Assembly (NCBI RefSeq): GCF_006345805.1
Contig: NC_043015.1
Span: forward strand, 4,154,001 to 4,218,000
Direction: 5' to 3'
Origin: Octopus sinensis
Lineage: Eukaryota
Length of the DNA stretch: 64,000 nt
The stretch's first letter is position 1; every line of letters starts with the position of its first letter. Shown here piece by piece: positions 1-12,550 of this stretch. Under the pieces are notes generated by a model. It was not told the DNA's origin. It saw only the letters and a list, made by a program, of their open reading frames with translations, and ran no database searches. A program made the translations under genes and the position numbers.

Positions 1-90
1 ACTGGGGTCGATATAACCGACTTAATCCCTTTGTCTGTCCTTGTTTGTCCCCTCTATGTTTAGCCCCTTGTGGGTAGTAAAGAAATAGAT
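1..90 (+). mobile_element. 3' end of SINE family A unit (truncated by window edge)
   Basis: actggggtcgatataaccgactt...agccccttgtgggtagtaaagaaatag matches the 3' part of the units at 540-1083. Confidence 0.8.
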
Positions 91-492
91 ATTAACACTG
101 GTGCAGTCGGCGAAAGACTCCACCTAAATCTTCACAAAGAGTCACCTGCTATAATAGATTAATCTATTCACTCAACGGCCTAATATTTGTGGCCAGCGAG
201 TGTCTCGCGTATAGCCATGTGGATGACAGTCACAGATTGTAGAGGAATTGGCGCTGTCAAGCGAACTCATACTGGATCACGTACAGGATCGGCCCATCTA
301 AGAGTGAATAAACATTAATGTTACATATACAATAAGAGCGACCGCAGACTGAAGATAAGTTGCAAAATCTGGGTTTGCCACTTCGAGAGATACGGAGGAA
401 GATAGCACACACACCAACATTATACTCGAAGTAGTAAAATTTGATTAGCTAATGTGCGTGTAGCATTCCAACAAAAGAGATGCTTCTAATAA

Positions 493-1270
493 AGCGGTGA
501 GCTAGCAGAATCGTTAGCACGCCGGGCGAAATGCTTAGCGGTATTTCGTCTGCCGCAACGTTCTGAGTTTCAAATTCCGCTGACATCGACTTTACTTTTC
601 ACCCTTTCGGGGTCGATAAAGTAAGTACCAGTTACGAATTGGGGTCGATATAATCGACTTAATCCGTTCGTCTGTCCTTGTATGTCCCCTCTGTTTTTAG
701 ACCCTTGTGGGTACTAAAAAAAAAGGTATTTCATCCGCCGCAACGTTCTGAGTTTCAAATTCCGCCGAGGTCGAATTTGCCTTTCATACATTCGGGATCG
801 ATTAAATAAGTACCAGTTACGCACTGGGGTCGATATAATCTGTCTGCCTGTCCTTGTTTGTCCTTGCTGTGTTAGCCCATTGTGGGTAGTAAAGAAATAG
901 GTATTTCGTCTGTCTTTACGTTCTCAGTTAAAATTCCGCCGATGTCAACATTGTCTTTCCTCCTTTAGGGATCGATTAAATAAGTACCAGTTAAGCACTG
1001 GGGTCGATACAATCGTCTCAATGAGTTTTCTGTCCCCGATTGCCTCCTCTGTCTGTAGCCCCTTGTGGGAAGTAAAGAAATAAGAAACGTTTGTACGCCG
1101 GGTGAAATACTTAACGGCCGTTCGTCTGTTTTTACGTTCTCAGTTCAAATTCAGCCGCTGTCAGATTTGCCTTTCTTCATTCGGGGTCGATTAATCACGT
1201 ACCGCTTGTGTAGTGAGGTCGATCTAATCGAATGCCCGTTTCCCTCCCATAAACATTATGGGCATTTTGT
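493..1270 (+). mobile_element. tRNA-derived SINE family A: one head followed by about 4 tandem ~180-bp body units
   Basis: tRNA-like head (agctagcagaatcgttagc A-box-like; gagtttcaaattcc B-box-like). Units restart with ggtatttc at 540, 725 and 900, with a diverged fourth unit from about 1085. Confidence 0.8.
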
Positions 1271-3016
1271 CTAGATTAAGAAGGATAATAGATATTTCTT
1301 GTAATTTCTTGTCCAAAAGGCATTTGAATATTTATCATAATTAGAAATAACAGAAGATTATTGCTACAATTATATATCATGTTCTTTATTTTTTGACGAT
1401 GTTTAAGTTTCTAATCCAGTAGGTTATATGAACAAATGTTTCATAAATTTATAGTTGGAAAGTCGGCCAATATGACTTTCTATATTGCTTTGCTATTGAC
1501 ATGGATATGCTTTTATAAGATGCGCCAGTTCATTTCATGCAGTGATTTTACCATGTTATTCTTTTCCCCTTAGAGTGTTTTAAATGAAAATAGTGTATAT
1601 CATGTGATAAGCTTATTTAAATTTGGAGAGGTAGCTTAAATAATTTCTAATTGTAATAATTTACACATAAAATAATTTTATTTTCTTTGTGTATTTGTAT
1701 ATTTGAAACAATAAACAATATTTAACAATCTTTGTTCCTATCAACTATCTTAATTCCTGGAACATACTTACCATTCTCTCTGCATTTATTTTCTCACAAC
1801 ATATATCAATATTTTCTTACACGGAGAAAAATTCACCAGTCTGAGTTCTAACGCTTGCACAAATATCCATCTCCTCTAATGCTTTTATTACGTACATTAC
1901 TATACTTTTATTTAAATACAAAAGAAACAGAACGTATTTACTTCTATATTAGAGATATTGAATCTACATGTTTTTATGAATCTAAATTATTTTCCTTCAT
2001 CTAATTTTGCGTGTAAAACATCTTTTTGTGAAGAATATATACATGTTTATGTATGTATATTCTTTTACATTTCATGTTTTATATTATACACCCATTGTTT
2101 CTCTTCATTAGATTTCTCTTCTTTTTCTTTACCTTTCATCTTACTATTTTTCTTACTTATATCAATATTTCAGTATATTTTCTCTGCAAATACGTACATA
2201 AAATATTTGTGAAGAACTGAAAGACTACGTGACAGTAAATGTACTGCAAATAAGAATTACATGTATCCTCTACGAGCTAATACATCTATTTCGTTCGTTC
2301 GACTCTTTATATGCATTCGTGATATACTCCGAATGTGCATATATGAATATATAATATATACGTACATCAGTGGAAGTGTGTGTGCATATATATATTCATG
2401 AGTGTTTCTTTTGAGGATATTTACACGTACATTTGTTTTTATTTTCTTAAATATGTATTTATCGCTAAAATAAATGCTTAATGTATGTCATTTGTAATAG
2501 GAGTATTTTAAACGAGAAATTAACTGCATATATTATTCTTTTACTTTGTTTCGTATTTTCAATTCAAACTAAAAGTAATTGGGTGAAAATTTACTTAAAA
2601 TAAGAGTACATTTAATATACATTCAATATATATTTCTACATTTCGCTTCTTCCTTTTCTCTCACTTTCTTTATTTCTCTCTCTCTCTCTCTCTGCCTCAG
2701 TCTATCGCATTTTATACAAATAGATATGTGTTTGATGTATGTGTGAATTTGTATATATATATGTCTCTACCCCCATATTTGCGTGAGTTGAGTTGAGCAA
2801 ACACTATATGAGAGAGGTTTTCTTTAAGTATTAGAAATAGTTTTAAAAAAGTTTTTTAGCTGCTATTTCTAATGAGTTCAGTATGCGGCAAAGTAATTTA
2901 TTTTACTAAGCCCTTTTATATAATGTAAAATTTGAATTCGCCTTAAATGGTCCCTTTGCATACTGAATACTTGGTGAAATTGATTAATTATTAATTTTAC
3001 CCTCAATTGTTGAAAT

Positions 3017-3052
<36 letters not shown>

Positions 3053-3260
3053 ATATATATATTATATATGTTATATAATATTTTTGTATGAACCTCACGC
3101 TCATTCTCTCTCTTACTCTCTTTGTATGTAGTATGTATGTATGTATGTATGTATGTATGTTGTATGCATATATATATATATATATAATATATATATATAT
3201 TATATATATAGATATATATATATATATATATAATATATATATATATACAAATACGCGCAT

Positions 3261-3396
3261 GAGTGGTTGTATGGTACAAAGCTTGATTACCAACAATATA
3301 GTTCCGAATTCAGTCTTACTGCATGCAAGTTGATCAAGGGCCATCTTCTAAAGTTTTATGATTGCACTTGCTAGAGGTAAACTGAAAGAAGCTCGT

Positions 3397-3453
<57 letters not shown>

Positions 3454-3600
3454 TAATATATATATACATACATACATATATGTATAGTATATACATACCA
3501 TATATATGTGTGCGTGCGTGTTCGTGCCCCACCTCTTCTTACAAACACACGTTGGTGTGTTTACGAAACCAAAATTAGCGTTCGACAACAAGGCCGGGTA
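3261..3600 (+). mobile_element. degenerate SINE family B copy with internal (TA)n
   Basis: gagtggttgtatggtac...gttccgaattcagtc head, aaactgaaagaagc before the TA tract, ggtgtgtttacg after it; diverged relative to 17861-18308. Confidence 0.55.
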
Positions 3601-3844
3601 ATTTAGGAAAATATATTATCCTACAGCCTCAGACCGACCAAAGATTTATGAATGAATCTGGTAGACGCAAATTGAAGAAAGACCATTTTGTATATATATA
3701 TATATATATATATATTGAGAGAAGGACGGGATGGACGCTTCATTTTTGTGCTGGTGCCGCATAATGTCGTACACGACTGAGAGGATTTGCATCCACAACG
3801 TAGAATTTTTTATGTAACTCATGTCCTTGAGGTAGTAATTGTGC

Positions 3845-3922
3845 GCGGCTGAAGAAGGCCATAGACACACATTATGCATTGTAATAAATCCGTCTCATAA
3901 AGGCCCGAAACATATGTAACGC
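3845..3922 (+). ncRNA. type I hammerhead ribozyme-like motif, long stem II, partly damaged
   Basis: CTGAAGA 3849-3855; ggcc 3857-3860 pairs with ggcc 3902-3905; GAAA 3907-3910; C-ATAT-G stem III; GTA triplet 3916-3918. A:C mismatch at the base of stem II and weak stem I (gcgg/acgc). Confidence 0.55.
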
Positions 3923-4024
3923 TGAATCCTTGGCATCATGTTTTTATTTTGATTAATTTACTCCACCACCTACACCACCAAACGCTATATACAGGTGCTT
4001 ACAATTATCAAGTACTCTCCCCGA

Positions 4025-4069
<45 letters not shown>

Positions 4070-4139
4070 CGTGTGTGTGTGTGTGCGTGTGTGTGTGTGT
4101 ATGTGTGTGTGTGAGCGCGTGTGTGTGTGCATGTGTGTG

Positions 4140-4355
4140 TGTGTTTGTGTGTCTGTGTTTGTCCCCCTAGCATTGCTTGACAACCGATGCTGGTGTGTTT
4201 ATGTTCCCGTTACTTAGCGGTTCGGCAAAAGAGACCGATAGAATAAGTACTGGGCTTACAAAGAATAACTCCCGGGGTCGAGTTGCTCGATTAAAGGCGG
4301 TGCTCCCGCATGGCCACAGTCAAATGACTGAACAATGAAAAAAAGAGAAAAGAGA
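4140..4355 (+). mobile_element. SINE family B, 3' half (preceded by TA/TG tract from about 4028)
   Basis: gtttgtccccctagcattgcttgacaaccgatgctggtgtg...gcatggccacagtcaaatgactgaa and A-rich tail; same sequence as other copies. Confidence 0.85.
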
Positions 4356-4405
4356 AAAAGATATGTATATATGTATATGTATGTATGTATATATATATAT
4401 ATATA

Positions 4406-4452
<47 letters not shown>

Positions 4453-4798
4453 GTATATATATATACATTGGCGCGAGTACGATGATTTGAAAATTTTTAG
4501 GTTAGATATAGTCGAGGCATAGTGGTGCTGCCTCGTGAAAATATCTCTCCCGTTGGCCTACTTTACTGATGAATTTGTTGGCTTATGGAAGATTAGCTTG
4601 ATTTAATTTAATCAGGCTGATTTACCATTAAAAATAGATAAAACGATGCATTGTATAAAGTATAACACGGTAAATGTTTTTTTTAATTTTCTCCTGGTTT
4701 ACGGAATTAATACTTTTTTGCAGTTGAAGCCTTGGCTGCTATTTCTAGTGGGTTGAACGGCCTATTGTGGCCGTTCCTTAATTTTGCTGTATATGTAT

Positions 4799-4911
<113 letters not shown>

Positions 4912-5849
4912 GGTATATAGATATATATATATATATATATATAATAGATATATATATATATATATATATACAAAATGACTGATCGTTAGTAAGGGGACAC
5001 ACAAAAAAGAAATAGGCAAAGGACCGCTGTTGAAGTTACACAAGTGTGACTGAAGAACTCTTGCCAACATACAGTTAATATAGAATAGACCTGAAGCATA
5101 TGGACACGAAATATACAGCGTGTGTGTTTTTATTTGCTAAACTGGCAACATGACCACCCTCAAATGCAAAAAATATTTGTTTGAACGTATAAATTCACAT
5201 CATGAGTCTTCCAAATGAATATTTGTATATTATCTCAAATATTATTATTACATTAAGAAACAGATTGTAATGGATAAAATTCAATTTTTTAATCCCATTA
5301 CATATTCACCGAAAAATATTTCATTTCACAAACAAATTCAAATCTATAAAGCTTATACATATGCATAATTTTTATTTAAATACCTTGTATGGAAAATCAT
5401 CAATGTCTACAAAGGACAATAACAACGATTACTTTATGATCCGTCAGTAATACTGAAAATATATCATCATAAAATTTCTATATATTCTGAATATTCCACA
5501 CGGATCAAAATGTAATCCTTCAATTATACTTGTACACCCTGACAATTTACCAACGAAGTTATTTCAAGCTATACAAAAATATAAATTTGTATATGTTTTG
5601 TAGTTATATATTTGTTTGTGAGATCGAAACAAATGTAGGTGAATATGTTAATTAATTAATAAATTAAGTTGTATGTATTAGATTTCTTTGTTTCCTAACT
5701 TAATAATAATATTTACAAATTAATGATAATTTACATTATACATTTTTGAAGAAATATCTCAAGATGCAATGTATCAAACCAGTGTATCTTAGATAAAAAT
5801 ACCACTATACAATGTCTAAATATCCACATTGCAACTATATATATATGTG

Positions 5850-6157
5850 TGTGTGTGTGTATGTCAGTGTGTATTTGTTTGTCTGTATTCGTCCCTCCTC
5901 CATAGCCCGTCGTATATATGTATATATATATGCGTGTGTGTGTATATATTTGTGTGTATGTGTTTGTCCCCATAACATCGTTTGACAACCGATGCTAGTG
6001 TGTTTATATCCCCGTAACCTAGCGGTTCCGCAAAACAGACCGATAGAATAAGTACTAGGCTTACTAAGAATAAGTCCTGGGTTCGATTTGCTCGACTAAA
6101 AGCGGTGCTCCGCATGACTACAGTCAAATGATTGAAACAAGTAAAATAGACTAAAAG
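5850..6157 (+). mobile_element. SINE family B, 3' half
   Basis: tttgacaaccgatgctagtgtg...cagtcaaatgattgaaacaagtaaaatag. Confidence 0.85.
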
Positions 6158-6953
6158 ATAGTAAAACATTGAGAAACGACGTCATATGCAATTAGATTGT
6201 TGCCGAAATTTAGTATTTTAAAATGAAGAGGGGTCGGGATGGGTCTGTTACTTCATTAACAAGCAGATTATTAATATTTTTGACGATGAGCATTTACTTT
6301 TTGCGGAATGTATGGACAAATACGGAAAAATGTATATGAATGGATGTGGCAACATACTCACGCCTTAACACACCTCGAGTTTTGATGAGTAAATGTTTCT
6401 CTAAAATGAAAATTATGTGATATGCCAACGTATGTGAACAAATATTTGGAAAGCTGTCAGTTGCTGGTTTTAGCTTAATTCACCGCTTATGTTTTGACAG
6501 TTTCCTAAATATATTATATACTATGTACGATATTTTATTATATTTTTTTTACATATACAACATTCATTTCTTGTGGTAGAATAATGAACGAATGACATAT
6601 CAAGCAGACTTTACATATGTGTAATACGAGAAAATCGATTTAACTTTTACGGTACAGCGAAGTTCAAAAGATGTCCATCATATTCTCATCTGGATTCCAC
6701 AAATAATGAGTACACAAGTATAATGATGAAATATATCTATAAAAGTTTCTCATACATGTATTTCATAGAACAATATGAGCAAATTTAAGATTACATCAAT
6801 TTGCATGCAGGTAATGTGGGGTGAATTTTAATATGCATTAGCATATTAAAATTAATAAGGTTCGAATAATATGGACCTAAAAATAAAAATTAGCTTATAA
6901 GATTACAACCAGGAAAGCTGAAATAATTCTAAAAGTATTTCATAGCATGAATA

Positions 6954-7344
6954 CTCTATTACTTGTTTCAATCATTTGACTGCGGCCATGCTGGTGCATC
7001 ACCTTTAATCGAGCAACTCGACCCCGGGACTTATTCTTTTGTAAGCCCAGTATTTATTCTATCGGTCCCTATATGACATTCTATATGTCCCCGCTAAGTA
7101 CCGGGGACATAAACACACCAGCATCGGTTGTCAAGCAATGCTAGGGGGACAAACACACACACGCATATATATATATATATATATACGACGGGCTTCTTCC
7201 ATTTTCCGTCTACCAAATCCACTCACAAGGATTTGGTCGGCCCGAGGCTATAGTAGAAGACACGTGCCCAAAGTGCCATACAGTGGGACTGAACCCGGAA
7301 CCATGTGGTTGTTAATCAAGCTACTTACCACACAGCCACTCCTG
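6954..7344 (-). mobile_element. full-length SINE family B (tRNA head + CORE-like segment + microsatellite + 3' module)
   Basis: Reverse complement begins caggagtggctgtgtggtaagtag...gggttcagtccc (A/B boxes) and has tgggca-type CORE-like sequence, internal (TA)n(TG)n and a gaaacaagtaatagag tail. Confidence 0.9.
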
Positions 7345-7839
7345 AATATGATATCAATTGCGTATGGCTATGCTTTCTTAAGCAAGATTCTAGATACAAA
7401 ATTCAAAATTTCTTAAGCTATATTCTAGATTCAAAATTCAAATTTTGCTGATGACATATATATGTCAATCAAATGCTGAAATATACATTAAACAAACGTT
7501 TGCGCAGCAGTATATCACGTATGCTGTTACATTATTTAAAACCATTGCTTAATAATTATGTTGGTGTCATAAAATATTTACATCTATATTCAGACATAAT
7601 TTGTAACAAATATGATAATTGTCGGAGCTAAAATTTGTGTTTTGCATTTACATGCATACATACATATATAGACAAATCAAATACACGAATAAAGGAATTA
7701 ACAACACATACACAGATACACACAAACAACAAACACACCCACCCACACACATGCACGCATACATACACTTATATTTTATGTATCTACATGTGTGTATATA
7801 TAGAGATATAGACGCATAGATGTAATATATAAGTATCAG

Positions 7840-7844
<5 letters not shown>

Positions 7845-7877
<33 letters not shown>

Positions 7878-7962
7878 TAAATAGATAGATAGATAGACAG
7901 ATAGATAGAGAGATACATAGACAGGCAGGCAGACAGACAGACAGACATATAGATAGATAGAT

Positions 7963-8061
<99 letters not shown>

Positions 8062-8100
8062 GAGATAGATTGATAGATAGGTAGAGAGATATATATACAT
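7845..8100. repeat. compound microsatellite (TA)n-(GA)n-(GATA)n/(GACA)n
   Basis: Long GATA run about 7945-8080, read directly. Confidence 0.95.
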
Positions 8101-8687
8101 ATATATGATTCTAACGGTGATTACGAGGGTAAAGAAGCTCGGAAAATACATTCTGATCAAACTCATAAGAAAAGAGCTCTTGAAGTTTTGGTGACTCCAA
8201 GGCCATGTGAGTGTCTGGTATTCTTAACTGCCAGGTAGTGCAAGACGACATTCGGTGTTTCTCACAGAGAATGAGAAAGTGCCAATTTTCATCTAAATGC
8301 ATTGATGACAAGAGGAAAAACCGCGTTAGTATTTCAAGATGTTTTCAAGTAATTTTGGTGAATATATCGGTTAAAATAAAATGTCGATGTTATTTCAGTT
8401 TTACATAATTTATGCGACATTCTTTTCGTCGCACCCTGTATGTATACGTATATATTCGTACGTGTGTATTGCTGTGAGTTTGTGTGCGTGGATGTACGCG
8501 TGTGTGTGTGTGTTAGATATTACATACACATGCACAAACACATACACACAAACCTATAAAACGAACAAGAAGAGGAAATGCATAAGGAAATTATTAGCGT
8601 CACACACAGTAAAGAGGGAGAATTTTTTACGTTCGAGCATTGCTCTTCTTTGTAAAGGAAAAAGGAAAGAGTCCAATATGCTCATGT

Positions 8688-8733
<46 letters not shown>

Positions 8734-8948
8734 ACACATATATATATATATTATATATACGCATATATATATATATATATATATATTAGAGAGAGAGAGA
8801 GAGAGAGAGAGAGATTAATAGATACATTATTAACACACAATTACACACACACACATAAATATGTATATATATATATATATATATGGACAAAATAATATAT
8901 ATATATATATATATATAGAGACATAATATATATATTATATATGGACAA

Positions 8949-9032
<84 letters not shown>

Positions 9033-10393
9033 ACGTGTACATATGCATGCATTATGTTTTATATCTATGACTTTCTCTCCACCAGAAATAAATATATTTC
9101 GTCTAATTACCTTTTCGTAATTTTAATGGCATTTGACAACGGGAGACAAAACTGGATATTTTTGATTGCACATATATGTTGAAACATTTTGATTATGACC
9201 ATGATTATTACGTCTTTACGCAACTGAAATATCAAAAATGGAAAGAAAAGGGAAACATTAAATTGAAATGAACTTAATTACTCACGTTTATATCAGTTCA
9301 ATTTTATGAAAAAAAAAAAAAATTGCGTAACATTACAGTTACTTCTTACAATTTTGCTGCAGAAAATTGCCAGAAATTAATCTATAAATACGCACGCACA
9401 CTAAAACACAACCACTCGCGCGCACCCACACAATCATACACACGCACACTGCCAAAAACACCTCCAACGCAAGCACACACGTATTTACATGCTTACGTCG
9501 TAAATGCACGCATACACAGTCGCACTTATATAATTAATATTGAATGTTGATTATTTATTTCATATTTGAAACATTTCACCAAATTATACTCTTATATGTT
9601 GTTGTTGTAGATGCAAAATTGAAATTCATTTTTCGCAACACCCGGACTGAAAACAATTAAAGCCATTCTGTTAGTTTAAATATCTGTGCTTAAATTTGAA
9701 AATAATAATGTAATTGTGTCACATACTGTATATTATTACTGTACGCATTTGTCTGTGTGAAAACACCATGAAACATTCATTTAACAATTCATTATCTCTA
9801 TTTTAGAATACGATTATCCGGTAGGCATTTTCTGAGATATATCTTGAGCGTTTAAGTTCTTAATTTAGTTGGGTGACCACGGGTCTTCATCAGACAGTTC
9901 TGTAGGATTTACGTACCAAACTCTTGAATACAGGACAGGCTGTAGAATGTTCTATGGCTCCTGTAGCAGAATGAATTTCAATAATACAGAGCGTATTTCG
10001 AAACATTTGCATACACCAGTACACTATCCACATTTACAATGATATTAGAAACAGAGCTATATCGTATGTTATCAGACAAATGTATTCCGACTTTATCACA
10101 CGGATACCATATTGTTTGCAACTTTCATGGCATATCAAAAGAAAGACCGCCATTAGATTATGTTAGTCTTCAAGTGATGTGTCACTAACACAAAAAAGGA
10201 CATTGATTTTAATCTACGTTAGTGATTCATTAATGCCAGACACGTTTTCACAGCAGCCGCCACACTTCAATCTCAGAAATTGATGCATCAAAGCAAGAAA
10301 ACAAATGGGAAAACTAAAGAAGTAAAACAGTAAAATTATATATACACACTTATACGCAAACACACATATACACACACAAACATGCACATATAT

Positions 10394-10431
<38 letters not shown>

Positions 10432-10555
10432 TATATTATATATATATATAAACCTGTGTGTGTCTGAGTGTATCTGCATGGATGATTCACTCTGTGTATA
10501 TATATATATGTTGTACATACATTCGTATATAATTATATGTATTCACACGTATATG

Positions 10556-10590
<35 letters not shown>

Positions 10591-10705
10591 TATATATACA
10601 CGTATGTATACATGTATACACACTCATATGTCCATACCTACGCACACACATATGTATATGTACATACACACAAACATATATATGTATATACATATAGATC
10701 AATAA

Positions 10706-10781
<76 letters not shown>

Positions 10782-11796
10782 TACTCACGAAAATAAAAAC
10801 TTGTTGGTCATTTGGATTTCTGTGAATAACGTCTGCCAAAATAATGCTGATGGCATGATAGGTGGCACAAGGCACTCTTTCCATTGAGGAATGAATTTCC
10901 TTTTAACTGTTTAATACCGCTGAGAAATCTAACTAGTTGGAATGGACAAAGAGATTGCACAAATATCTATCCTTCCTCATCTAACCAACTCAAGTTTTCA
11001 CTCTCTCACACTTACAATGATTATTCAACAGAGTCACACATTGTATACTAGTGTGTATGTTCTACAATAGTACACCCAATTCAATTTATAAACAGTCGTC
11101 TACGATAGCACATTTAAGCAGCCATATCTACAGGCACGCATTCCGTACTCGCAAACACACAATATATATAGAGAGAGACATGCATAGATGCATGTATACA
11201 TACATCCAAGTTATATGTGCTGATGCCCCAGCACATTGCTGGTGAGCCAGCATGACCGCAGTGTTGGAGCTGAAACAATTTTAAGATACCATGTATATAC
11301 ATACACGTGTAGCGTTGATTAATATTATCAGGTAAGGTGTATATATTCTTTTAAAAATATATTTAAATAATTTATAATTAATTCTAATGTACTTTATTCT
11401 TATTGAAATGATTATATTAGATTAGTATTTTGGATATAATTTTCTATGTGTACTCCAGTAATGCTTTATTTCCACACATACCAGCTTAATTTAATTCGTC
11501 CTTAGTCGAAAAAAAAAATCTAATACTCTTAGTTTAGTCTTTACTTGGCGCTCGCCAAATTGGAGCAATCTCCAGTATAACTAACCAAAATTGCAAAGGT
11601 ATTCGGTAATCGACTGAGGAAAGATAACCCGTCCTTGTTTTCTTTGTATCGTCTATCTGGATATTTTGTTGCCCCCCCCTTTTTTATCACCTAACTATCT
11701 GGATGTTCTGCATTCTGGTTCCATTTTGTATTATATGTATATATGTATATATATATATATATATTATATATATTATTATATATATATATATATAAG

Positions 11797-12279
11797 GTGA
11801 CGTATTTTTGCCATTTCAATATGGCTAACCCCTAAGGGTGGATGCTACTGTAGTTTTTAGCCCCAGGAGAACACACTCCTCCAGCTGGCCATAGACACAA
11901 TTTCTGTGTCCTGTCAGTATTTGCAAAGGGAAGTCATCCTTCCCGTCTTCAACTTATGATACACACGGACTCGAGTTTCGAGGTATTGACCTCTCGTCAG
12001 CGTGTGACAATTGTCGCCGAGAATTAGATTTCCTTCACAAATACTTATACTTTTTCCAGCGTCCACTGTCGCTGATATTGAAAAAGTGAAATCAAACAAT
12101 GATAAATATCAATGTGAGTTATATACAGTAGCGGTAACACAACGTGACGTATTTTTGCCATTTCAATATGGCTAACCCCTAAGGGTGGATGCTACTGTAG
12201 TTTTTAGCCCCAGGAGGACACACTCCTCCAGCTGGCCATAGACACACTTTCTGTGTCCTGTCAGTATTTGCAAAGGGAA
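11797..12279 (-). mobile_element. retrozyme-like / non-autonomous Penelope-like element: 136-bp direct repeats, 347-bp period, inserted in (TA)n
   Basis: 11797-11932 repeats at 12144-12279 with 2 mismatches; contains a hammerhead motif; flanked on both sides by TA runs; no coding similarity seen. Confidence 0.8.
11962..12006 (-). ncRNA. minimal type I hammerhead ribozyme, core intact
   Basis: Minus strand reads CACACG-CUGACGA-GAGGU(caau)ACCUC-GAAA-C(ucga)G-UC-CGUGUG: 6-bp stem I, 5-bp stem II, all core nucleotides, GUC cleavage triplet (cut between 11968 and 11967), palindromic stem III ACUCGAGU. Confidence 0.88.
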
Positions 12280-12467
12280 ATATATATATATCAGGAAAAC
12301 CTTATTTTCGGAAGTACACAGAAAATAATATATATAGTACTAATCTAATAATATTAGCATCTAAAAGCCTAATATGATATACAATAAGAATAAAGTGCAT
12401 TAGAGTTAATCATAAATTATTTAAACAGAGAATATTAATTATTCCAGGTTATCAGAATATTTACTAC

Positions 12468-12545
<78 letters not shown>
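12468..12545. repeat. (TA)n microsatellite, one of dozens in the window
   Basis: Near-perfect TA run, read directly. Confidence 0.95.

Positions 12546-12550
<5 letters not shown>

Noticed and set aside
349-388. CTGAAGA followed by an imperfect 11-bp hairpin and GAGA: possible hammerhead relic
   Set aside because: GAAA is mutated, and there is no stem III, cleavage triplet or stem I partner downstream; at most a fragment.
540-1083. Tandem ~180-bp units considered as a CRISPR array or a twister ribozyme array
   Set aside because: No repeat-spacer alternation, eukaryotic context, and no twister or hammerhead consensus found by eye on either strand.
9875-9893. Minus-strand CTGATGA-a-GACC-cgt-GGTC, resembling a Penelope-type HHR 5' half
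   Set aside because: GAAAC, stem III and stem I partner are absent.
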